Both the position numbers and the translations under genes were made by a program. A stretch of 64,000 nucleotides of DNA from Bryobacterales bacterium (GTDB lineage: Bacteria; Acidobacteriota; Terriglobia; Bryobacterales; UBA6623): the NCBI GenBank assembly GCA_963422375.2, contig OY729428.2:2240001-2304000 (forward strand), read 5' to 3'. Under the pieces are notes generated by a model. The model made no database searches and was not told the origin of the DNA. It saw nothing but the letters and a program-made list of their open reading frames with translations. Below are positions 41,223 to 52,087 of this stretch, piece after piece (within the stretch, counting starts at the first letter, position 1; every line of letters starts with the position of its first letter).

Positions 41223-42311
41223 TTAGCCCATCCCGCCGGTGTACGGGCGCAGATCGTCCAAGCCCATGCCGGAGCTGAATCGAGACAATTCGGCGGCGTC
41301 GGCGCGGCACAGAAACAGCGAGTACTCGACACGCACCGACGACCGCGCCGGCACCCATCCGATCGTCCGCTCGCCGAAGAGCCTCCCTCGGTCGATCGCT
41401 TCGCGACGCGTCTCCGGGTACGGCGAGACGCCGAATTCCATCCCCCGAGTGAGCGTCCGGCCGTTCCAAGGGGCGTGCGACCGGGAGTGGTTCTCCTCCC
41501 AGATCCCGAGCCAAGGGAAGTCCGCCCGCCGCCACACGTACCCGAACAGCGTCTCCGTGCCGGGCTGGTAGGTCGCGAAAAAGGCCTCGTCGAGACTCGG
41601 ATCCATCAGGTGGGCCGTGTAAGCGCCCGAAGCATCGCTAGCGACCGTGCGGCGCATGTCGTCCGTACCTCCCGCGGCTAGCGGAGCCATCGGCCAGTCG
41701 AACTCGGCCCCCGCGACGAAGCGGTCGGCGCCGGGGGCGAACTCGGCTTCCATCACCTTGGACCGGGTGGCCGAAATCTCGAACAGCGTCCGCCCCTTCT
41801 CCAAGAACGGCGGCCCGAGGGTCGCGTGCTGCGTCCAGCCCACGGGGCGGTCGATGCCCGTCAGGTTGGTCGCCGCTTCAGTGATCGCGACGCGGCCGCG
41901 GCCGGTCGGCAGCTCTAGGCGCCGCTCCACCTGCATGCCGGCCAAGGGAAGGTCGGCCCTCGCCTCCAGCCAGCCGTCGCCCGCCTCGACCTCCCAGTCG
42001 ACAGACGATGCCTCGCCATGCACTCCTAGGCCGGCCGCCGCTTCCTCGTCGGACGGCACGCCGAATATGTCGAAGCAGAGATTGTGGCCGGCGATGCCGG
42101 CCAGCAGGCGCCCGTCCACGCCCTGCCCGAACTGCGGGTGTGCGACGGGATCGTACGCCGACGGGTCGACGGTATCCCACGGGGGATCCCACAGCGCGTT
42201 GACGCCGTTCTCCTTCAGTTCGACCGCTGCGATGTGCCCGCCGCCCGGAAGCAGCGTGAGCCGGATGATCTCGTTCTCGAGATGGACTTGGCGTCGGTTC
42301 GCGATACCCAT
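41223..42311 (-). CDS. Galactose-mutarotase-like hypothetical protein
   Basis: GGGHIA, GHNLC, VHGEA, WTQHATLGPPFL, FPWLGIWEEN, GMEFG. Confidence 0.65.
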   Translation of the reverse strand: MGIANRRQVHLENEIIRLTLLPGGGHIAAVELKENGVNALWDPPWDTVDPSAYDPVAHPQFGQGVDGRLLAGIAGHNLCFDIFGVPSDEEAAAGLGVHGEASSVDWEVEAGDGWLEARADLPLAGMQVERRLELPTGRGRVAITEAATNLTGIDRPVGWTQHATLGPPFLEKGRTLFEISATRSKVMEAEFAPGADRFVAGAEFDWPMAPLAAGGTDDMRRTVASDASGAYTAHLMDPSLDEAFFATYQPGTETLFGYVWRRADFPWLGIWEENHSRSHAPWNGRTLTRGMEFGVSPYPETRREAIDRGRLFGERTIGWVPARSSVRVEYSLFLCRADAAELSRFSSGMGLDDLRPYTGGMG

Positions 42312-42426
42312 GGCGCGACTCGGAAGCGCCCAAGAGTAGCACGCGCGGCGCCGCGGCCAGGGGCGGACGCGCTTGCGGTAGCGCTGCTGCGGAGAATGGC
42401 CCCGGCCTGAGTCGGCCGCTAAGCCC

Positions 42427-43227
42427 TTACTGCACCCAGGGACCGTTTCCCTTGTCGCGGTCTCGCATGTAGATCTCGAACTTGCGCCGGGCCCGCCGCA
42501 ACTTCCGCTTCCTCAGCCGAGCCTCGATGTCCGACAGGCCGAAGCTCGGCAGGCTGATGTCCGGGAGGTGCGAGCTCCGGCGTACGAAGTAGAAGCCCAA
42601 CGCCATCCCGGCGAGATGGATGGTGAACGCCGTGCCGGACGGGTTCCCCCCGCGAGCCAGATCCTGGACGGCTCCGAGCATGTTGATGGCGGCGTACCCG
42701 ACGGCCACGACCCACGCGGGCACCGGCAGGATGAACGAGATCAGAATCGGCGTGTTCGGATAGGTCACGGCGAACGCCGTCACCACCGCCAGCACGGCCC
42801 CCGACGCGCCGATGGTCGGTACGCCCGCACTTCCCGTCAGCAGCCGCAGGAGCACGTCGGCCAGCGCCGCGCCGGCCCCGCAGACGAAATAGAACCGCAG
42901 GAAGCGAGTCTCGCCCCAGTCGCGGGCCAGCGTCCCGCCGAACATCCAGAGCGCGAATAGGTTCAGGCCGACATGCCACAGCCCCTGAGGGTCGTGCAGG
43001 AACATGTAGGTGAACGGCTGCCAGAGCGCCCCTCGCAGAAACATGTCCGGCGTGAGGCTGAGCCAGCGGAATGCCCACACCAGCGGCCCGAAGCCGACCG
43101 CGAGCCCGAGCGCGAATACCACCCACGCGAGGAAGTTCGCCCACAACAGCCTCTTGAGGAAATAGGGGGCGGGCGGCATCATCCCGAAGCCGGACGGCAT
43201 GCCGGGCCGTTGATACGAGTACGGCAT
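42427..43227 (-). CDS. Rhomboid family intramembrane serine protease
   Basis: WQPFTYMFLH, H...N, GASGA, HLAG. Confidence 0.92.
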   Translation of the reverse strand: MPYSYQRPGMPSGFGMMPPAPYFLKRLLWANFLAWVVFALGLAVGFGPLVWAFRWLSLTPDMFLRGALWQPFTYMFLHDPQGLWHVGLNLFALWMFGGTLARDWGETRFLRFYFVCGAGAALADVLLRLLTGSAGVPTIGASGAVLAVVTAFAVTYPNTPILISFILPVPAWVVAVGYAAINMLGAVQDLARGGNPSGTAFTIHLAGMALGFYFVRRSSHLPDISLPSFGLSDIEARLRKRKLRRARRKFEIYMRDRDKGNGPWVQ

Positions 43228-43293
43228 CGACTCTCCTGAGTCTAGCCGACACGCCCGGATGCCCTGTGCGACCGGAGCGCCGAGAGTGCCCGG

Positions 43294-44343
43294 TCAGCGG
43301 TCTCCGCTTGCGACTCCCCACGCAATGCGGGCGGTCGATTCCACCTCTCGGCCCAGTTCGAGAGCGGTGGACGAACTGGCGTTGCCGTCCAGCCCGCGCT
43401 TGTAAACGCCCTGGCCGATAGCCGCCGAGCGGAACATCGAGAACGCCAAGTAGAAGTTCCAGTGTCGCATGGCATCGCGACCGCTCAGCTCGCAGTAGCG
43501 CTGAAGCTGGCATTCAAGCGACGGGATTCCGGAAACCGCCGGGTCGTTCAGCGCGAGGGTGGGGTTGCGCCGGCCCGGGAGGTAGTAGGTCATCAGGTAA
43601 TAGGCGAGGTCGGCCAGCGGGTGCCCCAGCGTGGACAGCTCCCAGTCCAGCAGCGCGACGACGCGGGGCTCGGTCGGATGGAGGATCATATTGCCCAAGC
43701 GGAAGTCGCCGTGGACCACGCGGGTCTCGTCGGAGGGCGGAATGTTGGCAGGCAGCCATTCCATCAGGCAGTCCATCGCCGGGACCGATGCCGTCTCGGA
43801 CGCCCTGTACTGCCGCGACCAGCGACTGATCTGCCGGGCGTAGTAGTTGCCCTGCTTGCCGAATCCCTCAAGGCCCGCTTCCGCGGGCGGGACGGCGTGG
43901 AGCGCGACCAGGACCTCGCCGGCGTGCCGGTAAACCGCAGCCCGATCTCCCGGAGCTACCTCCGGGAGAGAGGGGTCGTGAAATACCCGGCCCGGCACGT
44001 GCTCCATCACGATGAACGGCGTGCCGATCACGCCGGAATCCTCGCACAGCAGCAGCACGCCACAGACCGGGACGCCGCTCCCAGCCAGTGCCCGCATCAC
44101 GCGATACTCGCGCTCGACAGCGTGCGCCGACGGCAGGAGCCGCCCGGGCGGCTTCTTGCGCAGGACGTACTTCCGATCCGGGCACTGCAAGAGATACGTC
44201 GGGTTCGACTGCCCGCCCTCGAACTGGAGGACCGAGCAGGGGCCTCGGAAACCGTCGACCCGGCGCTCGAGATAGTTCGCGAGCCGCCCTTCGTCAAACC
44301 GGTGCGCTTCCCTGACAGGTATCGTGATCGGGGTCGCGCTCAT
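43294..44343 (-). CDS. APH-family phosphotransferase (ACAD10/11 kinase-like)
   Basis: GGQSNPTY, LRKKPPG, AHAVEREY, HGDFRLGN, LDWELS. Confidence 0.9.
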   Translation of the reverse strand: MSATPITIPVREAHRFDEGRLANYLERRVDGFRGPCSVLQFEGGQSNPTYLLQCPDRKYVLRKKPPGRLLPSAHAVEREYRVMRALAGSGVPVCGVLLLCEDSGVIGTPFIVMEHVPGRVFHDPSLPEVAPGDRAAVYRHAGEVLVALHAVPPAEAGLEGFGKQGNYYARQISRWSRQYRASETASVPAMDCLMEWLPANIPPSDETRVVHGDFRLGNMILHPTEPRVVALLDWELSTLGHPLADLAYYLMTYYLPGRRNPTLALNDPAVSGIPSLECQLQRYCELSGRDAMRHWNFYLAFSMFRSAAIGQGVYKRGLDGNASSSTALELGREVESTARIAWGVASGDR

Positions 44344-44429
44344 CGCCGGAATGCGCTGCGATTGTAGCGAACAGGTCCGTTCAGGCCGGCGCGCCGAGGC
44401 ACGTTGCAGCCACCGCTAGCACCCCGGGC

Positions 44430-46682
44430 TCATAGCAGGGGCGACTCGCCGATCAGCTTGCGGTAGACGGACCGGGCATGGTCGTACGCTTTGCGCGCGT
44501 CCTCGCGCTCCGCCTCGCGAATCCGCGGAGCCTTCTGCGTCCAGCACTGGCTGACCGCGGCGAGGCACCACTCGGCGCTCCGTCGCGACGCCCGGATCGG
44601 CTCGCCGCCCACGGTCACGAATACCGGATTCGTGTGAGAGGACATCGGAATCCGCAACGCGACCCACGCGCTTCGGGCGATCTCTGCACTGAACTCGAGC
44701 TCGTGAATCCGTCCGTCGGCGCGAATCGTTGTGGAATCCCGCACGCGGCCGTTTACGACGAGTTCCACCGGCACGTCGCGGGTTCCGGGGATGCGGGCGC
44801 GTTCGACGTCCCAGTAGGGCTTCTCGTCGGGGCGCAGACCGTCGAACCTGGGATCGGGGTGGCGCGGAAGCATGGCCGCGGCCCGCACAGTCACTTCGAC
44901 CGTGCCGCCCTCGGCCAGTTTGAGCTCGGGGGCACCGGAGCCCAGCGCGATCTCGCCCACCTCGAAGTCCATCAGGTGGCTCTTTCCGTCGCTGACATAG
45001 GCCGCCCCGCGGCGGATGCCCTCCACCCAGCCGGCGTAGGTCAGTTCGTCCAGCTTCACGTAGCTGCGCCCCAGACCGACCCGCTCCTGGTAGATGCAGG
45101 GGAAATCGGTCTCGCCCGAGACTCGCGTCCGGAAGCCCACGTTCAGCGCGTGGTACCAGATGTTCATCTCCCAGAAGTACGGCGTGTCCACGGCCGACAG
45201 GAAGTCAATCACGCCCGGGTGCGTGACGTCGACGATGTACTCGTTTGCCCCGATCCCGTCGAAACCCGGCATCTCGTAGGACGGCAGCGACTCCGCACTC
45301 ACCTGAAGGCCCCAGCCGGAGTGGGAGAATCCGGTCACCGCCCCTTGCGACTTGGCCCACTGCAGGACGGGCAGGTCCCAGGAGGGCCACTCCTCGATTC
45401 TCGTCGTGCCCGGGTAATCGTCCTCCTTCAGCCCCAGCAGGACCAAGTGACCGGCGTGGCTGGAAGGAAAGCCCGAAACCTCCACGTCGTAGTGCATGAC
45501 GCGCCGCGCTCGTGAAAGCGGATGGTCGAAGCTCGAGAAGAACTGCTTCTGGAAGTACCACGAGGGGCCCCAAGTCAGGACGGAGCCAATGTTGAGGTTC
45601 TCGCCCAGAATCTGGCGTAGCATCGCCAGCGGGCCCACCCCTTCCGTCGGATTCTTGTAGTGGGCGCAGCCGGAGGCATGCACGTGGTGGTCACCGGACC
45701 ACCATCCGTAGGCGGACGGGTCGATCCAGCGCTGGAGCTGGACCGCGATGTCGAGCGGGCCCTCGGCTGAAACGGGAAACTCCAAGGTCCGCGTGTGAAA
45801 CTCGGGGCCTCCGCCGTACTCGACCGTGTAGTAGCCCGCTGGAAGGCGGATCTCCTCGCCGTCGAAGCGGTACACGTGCTGCTGGAACGGGAAGTCCGGC
45901 TCCAGCCGCTTCGACGGATTCGGGTACACCCTTCCCTGCCGGTCCCTGAACAGGAGCGAGGCAACCCCCGGCTCGCCGTGCTCGTCGCGCACGCGCAAGG
46001 AGATGGCGCGAGTCGGGGCGATGCGGAAGGCCACTAGGATGTCGTTGCGAAAGCCGATGTCCTGCGTCCCCTGACCGACATCCATCGCGATCTTCGCCGA
46101 GCGCTGGCCTCGGTCCCGGCTGTAGGCCTGGAGAATCTCGTACTCGACCGGCAGGCCGCTGAGCCGCGGCGCCATGGGCGGGTCGGAGTAAATCGAGAGG
46201 TCGGCCCACCGCTCCCGCACGTCCGCTCTGCCCAGTTCCAGCGCCGGCTCGTGCTCGCCGCGCGAACGCAGCGACGTCGGGCCGCTGTTCGGGCTCAGCA
46301 CCCGAAGCGGCGCGGTGACTCCGGCTTGGTTGAGGACCTTGACCAAGAAGAGCCGCGTGCCCCGCTCCACCAAGGAGGGACTGGCCGCGCCCTGCCGGAG
46401 CTTGACGCGACTCTCGGGATTGATTTCGACCTCCACGAGCACGAGTTCGTCCAGCACCTGCTGGATCCGGCGCACCGCGCTCCGCTCGTCGTCGATCGCC
46501 ATCGCCTCGTTGATGGCGGCTGACGCTTCCCGCGACAGAGGCTGCCCCAGATACAGCAACGCCTGCTCCAAGCGCCGCGTCTGTTGCGCTAGAGGCTGCA
46601 AGTCGATCTCGGCCTGGCCCCGCAGCCCGACAGGCGCGGCAAGAGAAAGGGCGAAGCAGGTCAAGATCGCGGGTTTCGTCAC
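44430..46682 (-). CDS. Secreted CehA/McbA-family (PHP-like) metallohydrolase
   Basis: Signal peptide; GWWSGDHHVH, SHAGH, SGETDFPC, HTNPVFV. Confidence 0.75.
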   Translation of the reverse strand: MTKPAILTCFALSLAAPVGLRGQAEIDLQPLAQQTRRLEQALLYLGQPLSREASAAINEAMAIDDERSAVRRIQQVLDELVLVEVEINPESRVKLRQGAASPSLVERGTRLFLVKVLNQAGVTAPLRVLSPNSGPTSLRSRGEHEPALELGRADVRERWADLSIYSDPPMAPRLSGLPVEYEILQAYSRDRGQRSAKIAMDVGQGTQDIGFRNDILVAFRIAPTRAISLRVRDEHGEPGVASLLFRDRQGRVYPNPSKRLEPDFPFQQHVYRFDGEEIRLPAGYYTVEYGGGPEFHTRTLEFPVSAEGPLDIAVQLQRWIDPSAYGWWSGDHHVHASGCAHYKNPTEGVGPLAMLRQILGENLNIGSVLTWGPSWYFQKQFFSSFDHPLSRARRVMHYDVEVSGFPSSHAGHLVLLGLKEDDYPGTTRIEEWPSWDLPVLQWAKSQGAVTGFSHSGWGLQVSAESLPSYEMPGFDGIGANEYIVDVTHPGVIDFLSAVDTPYFWEMNIWYHALNVGFRTRVSGETDFPCIYQERVGLGRSYVKLDELTYAGWVEGIRRGAAYVSDGKSHLMDFEVGEIALGSGAPELKLAEGGTVEVTVRAAAMLPRHPDPRFDGLRPDEKPYWDVERARIPGTRDVPVELVVNGRVRDSTTIRADGRIHELEFSAEIARSAWVALRIPMSSHTNPVFVTVGGEPIRASRRSAEWCLAAVSQCWTQKAPRIREAEREDARKAYDHARSVYRKLIGESPLL

Positions 46683-47332
46683 AGGGTGCCCTCCGTGGCC
46701 AACACTCTACATCGGCCGCCGAGCGAAATCACTTCGCTCCCCGGCTGACGCCCGAGCGCCGCGCTGCGGTCGGGCATCCCTCTGCCGTCCCGCCGAAACG
46801 CCGCCGGCCACCGAGCGCCCCGCGTCACGAGACTTGGCTGCCAAGGGGCGGCGAGCCGGTCCGGCGGTGACTTCGGCCTCGGAACGGAAGCCCCGGAGAC
46901 CGACCTCGAAACCAGGTCGCCGCGTCCGCGCCGACGAGGCAGGACCTGCCGGAAGTCGTCGAATCGAGCACCGGCGGGCGCGGGTCCCCGCGCCGGGGTT
47001 TCGCCCGGCAATGCCGACTGGAGGGAGGGGGACGCAGAGGTCGGGTCGCTGCGCGGGCGGTGCGGTCAGAGAAGTCCGCGCGGGGCACTGGGACATCCTC
47101 TCCCGCGGTCCGCGGCCAGAGTCTCCGGTATGGCCGGAGGCCAAGGGAGACGCGACCGCTGCACGCTCGGTCAGACATTAATCCATTGCTTGAATATGCC
47201 AAGTCTAAACCACTCATAATTTGAGTTTTCCTGTCTTTACGATTTTCTTCCGAACCGACATGCAAGGCGGAATCCCGCTGCGCTTGGTCCGATCCCCTTC
47301 AAGGGCGCGACCGGCGGCGCATTGCCCTTCCA

Positions 47333-47361
47333 TTGACATTCGCAGCGGGTTGCGCGATACT
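47333..47361 (+). promoter_or_regulatory. Putative sigma70 promoter for the ABC operon
   Basis: TTGACA-N17-GATACT, about 220 nt upstream of TTG 47585. Confidence 0.55.
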
Positions 47362-47584
47362 CTAGATCAATGGCGTTGTACGGGTGTCGGAGAGCCCCCG
47401 CGATTAGGCTGCGCTCGGGCTGCGGTCGCCCGTTGGAGTGCCGCTTCGCAAGACGGGGGCCAATTGACCGCCCGTAGCGGAGCTCCGATCCCCTCGCAGC
47501 GTTTCCGGGGCCAAGGCTCCTCGCTAACGCCCGATACCGCACTGGCCCAACGGCGGGCAGGAACCGTTCCCACGGGAGGCAGCG

Positions 47585-48733
47585 TTGCGTAACCATCTCT
47601 TCTTGATCTGGAAGAACCTGCGCCGAAACACGCGCCGGACGGTGCTCACCGTGTTCAGCTCGGCAATCTCGGTGTTCCTCGTCGGAGCGCTGATCTCGGT
47701 CTACGCGATGCTGTACGACCGCGATGTCGCTGAGGAATCGGCTTCCCGCTTGGTGACCCGTCACAAGGTGTCGCTCACACAAGCGCTCCCCTACTTCTAC
47801 GGCGAGCGGATCGCCGCCATCGACGGGGTCGAGAGAATGGCCCCGATGAACTGGTTCGGCGGGAAATACATCGATTACCGTCCGGAAAACATGTTTCCCC
47901 GCTTCGCTGTCGACCAGGAAGAGGTCTTCAACATCTACAGCGAATTCACGGTGCCGCCCGAACAGCTCGAGGCGTTCAAGCGCGACCGCCAAGGCTTCGC
48001 GATAGGCAGGTCGGTGGCGGAGAAGACCGGCCTCAAGATCGGGCAGCGCGTCACTCTGCAGGGCGACATCTACCCGATTAACCCGGAACTGACGGTGCGA
48101 GCCATTTTCGAGGGCAAGGACGACTTCCAGTCCTTCTTTCATTTCAAGTACCTCGAGGAGGGACTGGGGCCTGAATTCGGATCCCAAGTTGGCGTCTTCG
48201 CGATACGCCTCCGGTCGGCGGACGACGCGACGCGCGTGTCCCAAGCTGTCGACGAGATGTTCCGTAACGCTCCGGAGCCGACCAAGACCGAGACCGAGGC
48301 CGCCTTCCAGCTGGCGTTCATCAGCCAACTGGGAAACGTGAAGCTGTTCCTCCTGTCGATCGCCGGAGCGATCGTGTTCACCATGCTGATGGTCTCGGCC
48401 AACACCGTCGCGATGTCCGTGCGCGAGCGCACGCGTGAGATCGGCGTGCTCAAGACACTCGGCTTCCCGTCCCGGTCGGTCCTCGGCCTCGTGCTCGGCG
48501 AAGCGGTGGCCATCGCCTTCCTCGGCGGCGCGCTCGGCGTTGCCGTGACCGCGGGGATCACGCACCTCATGGCGGATGTAATGGTGCAGTTCTTCAGCGG
48601 ATTCACGCTTCCAGGCTGGGGCGTGCTCGCCTGCTTCGGCATGGCCCTTGTCGTGGGCCTCGGCAGTTCCGCCGTTCCGGCCGTCCTCGCCGCGCGCACC
48701 AACACCGTCGACGCGCTGCGCCACGCGGGCTGA
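47585..48733 (+). CDS. MacB/FtsX-type ABC permease
   Basis: KNLRRNTRRTVLT, SVRERTREIGVLKTLGF; GGGAGG RBS. Confidence 0.9.
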   Translation: MRNHLFLIWKNLRRNTRRTVLTVFSSAISVFLVGALISVYAMLYDRDVAEESASRLVTRHKVSLTQALPYFYGERIAAIDGVERMAPMNWFGGKYIDYRPENMFPRFAVDQEEVFNIYSEFTVPPEQLEAFKRDRQGFAIGRSVAEKTGLKIGQRVTLQGDIYPINPELTVRAIFEGKDDFQSFFHFKYLEEGLGPEFGSQVGVFAIRLRSADDATRVSQAVDEMFRNAPEPTKTETEAAFQLAFISQLGNVKLFLLSIAGAIVFTMLMVSANTVAMSVRERTREIGVLKTLGFPSRSVLGLVLGEAVAIAFLGGALGVAVTAGITHLMADVMVQFFSGFTLPGWGVLACFGMALVVGLGSSAVPAVLAARTNTVDALRHAG

Positions 48734-48750
48734 AGGCCGCCGCTACAGTC

Positions 48751-49917
48751 ATGCCCGTTCCAATCTCCTACAACGTCCGCAACCTGCGGGTCCGGAAGAC
48801 AACCACCCTGATGACCGCGATGGGGGTCGCGCTCACCGTGGCCGTGTTGCTCGGAATCTTCACGCTGATCGAGGGCCTCCGCAGCTCCCTTGAATCCGGG
48901 GGCGACCCGCTCCACCTCATCGTGATGCGGCAGGGCTCGACGGCCGAGCTGGTCAGCATCGTCAGCAAGGAGGCCTACGACGTGCTCAAGTTCGACGAGG
49001 GAATCGCGCAGATCGACGGGGAGCCCGCGATCTCGCACGAGGTGATCTCGGTGGTGAACCTGGGCCGCCGGGGCGACCCGTCCAGCGTCGCGAACGTCAG
49101 CGTGCGAGGCTTGTCGAAGGTCGGCATCGGCATGCGCAGGGAGGCCGAGCTCGTGGACGGCCGCTGGCTCGATCCGGGCAGGCGCGAGATGGTCGTCGGA
49201 AAGGGCGTACACAGCGCGAGGGAAGGCACCTCCATCGGCGACAAGATCTACTACGGCCGCGACGACTGGACAGTGGTCGGGGTGTTCGCGGCCGGGCGCT
49301 CTCCCTTCAACAGCGAGATCTGGGTCGACGCCGAACTGGCAAGTTCCGACCTCGGGCGCGGGTCCACCCGCAGCAGCATTCTCGTGCACGCGAGGGACGA
49401 AGCTGCCGCGGAGGCCCTGATCAAACGCGTCGGGGACGACCAGCGCCTAGGCCTCGAGGCGGAGCGCGAGAGCGAGTACTACGCCAAGCAGATGACGTCG
49501 GCCGAGCCCGTGCGCTACCTAGGCACGTTCGTCGCGATTATCATGGCCCTAGGGAGCTGCTTCGCGGCGATGAACACGATGTTCGCGGCGGTCGCCAGCC
49601 GCGCCCGCGAAATCGGCGTCCTCAGGCTGCTGGGCTTCTCGCGCTTCAGCATTCTGAGCAGCTTCATGCTCGAGTCGCTCCTGCTCTCGCTGCTCGGCGG
49701 CATTCTGGGATGCATTCTCGTGCTGCCCCTGAACGGACTGGAGGGGCGCATCGGAAACTTCGTGACATTCGCCGAGACCACCTTCGAATTCGCGGTTACC
49801 CCGGCCCATTTCGCGGTCGGGCTGGCGTTCGCCGCCTTCATGGGCGTGTTCGGCGGCTTCGTTCCGGCGCGGATGGCGGCGCGCAAGGAAGTGCTGCAGG
49901 CTCTCGGCGATCGGTGA
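48751..49917 (+). CDS. MacB/FtsX-type ABC permease
   Basis: YNVRNLRVR, NTMFAAVASRAREIGVLRLLGF. Confidence 0.9.
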   Translation: MPVPISYNVRNLRVRKTTTLMTAMGVALTVAVLLGIFTLIEGLRSSLESGGDPLHLIVMRQGSTAELVSIVSKEAYDVLKFDEGIAQIDGEPAISHEVISVVNLGRRGDPSSVANVSVRGLSKVGIGMRREAELVDGRWLDPGRREMVVGKGVHSAREGTSIGDKIYYGRDDWTVVGVFAAGRSPFNSEIWVDAELASSDLGRGSTRSSILVHARDEAAAEALIKRVGDDQRLGLEAERESEYYAKQMTSAEPVRYLGTFVAIIMALGSCFAAMNTMFAAVASRAREIGVLRLLGFSRFSILSSFMLESLLLSLLGGILGCILVLPLNGLEGRIGNFVTFAETTFEFAVTPAHFAVGLAFAAFMGVFGGFVPARMAARKEVLQALGDR

Positions 49918-49926
49918 GGATGAACG

Positions 49927-51288
49927 ATGCCGGATTCGCCTTCCCTCAAGCGGGGGCTAGACAACCTGAAGATCGATCGGTCCAGCCGCTTCGACTCGCG
50001 CAAGCCCAAAGTCTCGGCTCTCTGGATCGTTTGCGGCTCGGTCCTTCTCGCCGCGCTCGCCGGATGGCGCATCGCCTCCGGCCTGCTCGGAGCGACCGAG
50101 GTGCAGGTGCATCGCGTGGTTGTCCCGCGCGCAGGCGACGCCGGCCCGGCGGTCGTCCTGCAGGCGGCGGGCTACGTTGTGCCGCACTACCGCATCGAGG
50201 TCGCTTCCAAGGTCGTCGGCCGCGTCAAGTGGATGGGAGTCGAAAAGGGGGACTTCGTCAAGGGGGGCCAGCCGATCGTCCGCCTCGAGGACGAGGAGTA
50301 CCAAGCGCGCCTGTCGGAGGCGCAGGGCGCCTCCGAGGCATGGAACGCGCGCCTTGCGGAGCTCGAAGCAGGTTCGAGACCCGAGGAGATCGCCCGCGCG
50401 GAGGCCAACCTCGCCGAGGCGAAGGCGCAGCTCACCCAAGCCCAGATCGACTACGAACGGGCCAGCGAGCTCAAGGCTGACGGCGTGATCTCCGTGGCCG
50501 ACTACGACCAGGCGCGCTACGCGCTCGACGCGCTCGCGAACCGCGTCGACTCGCTCGGCAAGACCTTGGACCTGCTTCGGATCGGCCCGCGCAAGGAGGA
50601 GATCGACTCGGCGCGAGCCGAGCTCAGGCAGGCAGACGGCAGGGTCGCGTTCAACCGGACCCAGGTCGCGGCGACCGTTATCCGCGCTCCGGTCACGGGG
50701 ACCGTCCTGGAACGCAACGTAGAGGTCGGCGAACTCGTGACGACCGGCTTCGTCGGCGACCGCGGCGCGAAGGGGTACGTGATTGCGATGGCCGACCTGA
50801 ACGATATCCAAGTCGAGCTCGATATCAGCCAGAACGACTTCGCACGCGTGTTCATGAACCAGAGGGCGGTGATCTCCACGGACGCCTACCGGGACCGCGA
50901 CTACGCGGGCCAAGTGGTCGAGATTTCGCCGGAAGCGGACCGGCAGAAAGCCACCGTTCAGGTGAAGGTGCAGATCCTCGAGCCGGACGAGCTGATCCGG
51001 CCCGAAATGAACGCGAACGTCTCGTTCCTAGCCGCGTCGGATGGACAGGATGCCGGGACGTCCGAAGGCGCGTCGCCTCGCGTGCGAGTGCCGCCAAGCG
51101 CAGTCGTAGACGGGAACAGCGTCTTCCTGGTGGTCCAAGACAGGGCACTTCGGAGGCCGATTCGGGTCCTGCGGACGACGTCCGACGGCGTGGAGATCGA
51201 GCAGGGTCTCGCGGGAGGCGAGGACGTCATCCTCTTCCCTCCGGACGGACTCGAAGACGGGGACCAAGTCAAGAGGAGCGAGTCATGA
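49927..51288 (+). CDS. Membrane fusion (periplasmic adaptor) protein
   Basis: TM anchor, lipoyl halves VASKVVGRV and IRAPVTGTV, coiled coil, [12 protein letters not shown]. Confidence 0.9.
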   Translation: MPDSPSLKRGLDNLKIDRSSRFDSRKPKVSALWIVCGSVLLAALAGWRIASGLLGATEVQVHRVVVPRAGDAGPAVVLQAAGYVVPHYRIEVASKVVGRVKWMGVEKGDFVKGGQPIVRLEDEEYQARLSEAQGASEAWNARLAELEAGSRPEEIARAEANLAEAKAQLTQAQIDYERASELKADGVISVADYDQARYALDALANRVDSLGKTLDLLRIGPRKEEIDSARAELRQADGRVAFNRTQVAATVIRAPVTGTVLERNVEVGELVTTGFVGDRGAKGYVIAMADLNDIQVELDISQNDFARVFMNQRAVISTDAYRDRDYAGQVVEISPEADRQKATVQVKVQILEPDELIRPEMNANVSFLAASDGQDAGTSEGASPRVRVPPSAVVDGNSVFLVVQDRALRRPIRVLRTTSDGVEIEQGLAGGEDVILFPPDGLEDGDQVKRSES

Positions 51289-51977
51289 ACGCCAACGGGG
51301 CAGCAGTTTCCCTGAGCGAGGTCGACAAGGTATACAAGCGGGCCGACTTCTCGGTGGTGGCGCTCGAAAGCCTGACGCTCGAGATTCCGCGGGGCGAGTT
51401 CTTCTGCCTCATGGGTCCCTCCGGCTCCGGCAAGTCCACGCTGCTGCACCTGATCGCCGGCATCGACCGGCCCACCGGAGGCAGCATTCGCGTGCTGGAC
51501 GCCGAGATCGGGGCGATGAGCGAGCGAGCGCTGGCGACTTGGCGCAGCGAGAACATCGGGTACGTGTTCCAGACGTTCAACCTGATCCCGGTCCTGACCG
51601 CGCTGGAGAACGTCGAACTGCCGCTTCTGCTCACCCGGCTCGGCAGGAAGGACCGCCTAGAGCGGGCCCGCACGGCGCTGGAGATCGTGGGCTTGGGTGA
51701 CCGCATGGACCATCTCCCAAAGCAGCTCTCGGGCGGCCAGGAGCAGCGAGTCGCGATCGCTCGCGCCCTCGTGACCGATCCTTCAATCGTCCTGGCCGAC
51801 GAGCCGACCGGCGAGCTCGACGCAGCCTCGGCGGACGAAGTGCTGTCGATCCTGAAGATTCTCAACCAAGACCACGGCAAGACCGTCATCATGGTCACGC
51901 ACGACCCGCGCGCGCAGCGCTACGCCCGCACGAGCCGGTACCTCGACAAGGGCCGGATGACCGAAATGCCCTCCTGA
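51285..51977 (+). CDS. ABC ATP-binding protein (LolD/MacB-type)
   Basis: [28 protein letters not shown]. Confidence 0.95.
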   Translation: MNANGAAVSLSEVDKVYKRADFSVVALESLTLEIPRGEFFCLMGPSGSGKSTLLHLIAGIDRPTGGSIRVLDAEIGAMSERALATWRSENIGYVFQTFNLIPVLTALENVELPLLLTRLGRKDRLERARTALEIVGLGDRMDHLPKQLSGGQEQRVAIARALVTDPSIVLADEPTGELDAASADEVLSILKILNQDHGKTVIMVTHDPRAQRYARTSRYLDKGRMTEMPS

Positions 51978-52087
51978 CGGGCGGATTCGCGCATAGCGGA
52001 ATCCCCTGCCCGGCCGGCCCGGTGCCGCGCCGGATCGGCAGGACGGGTGCGTCTTCCATGCGCCCTCCTGTCGTAAGCTTTCACTTC

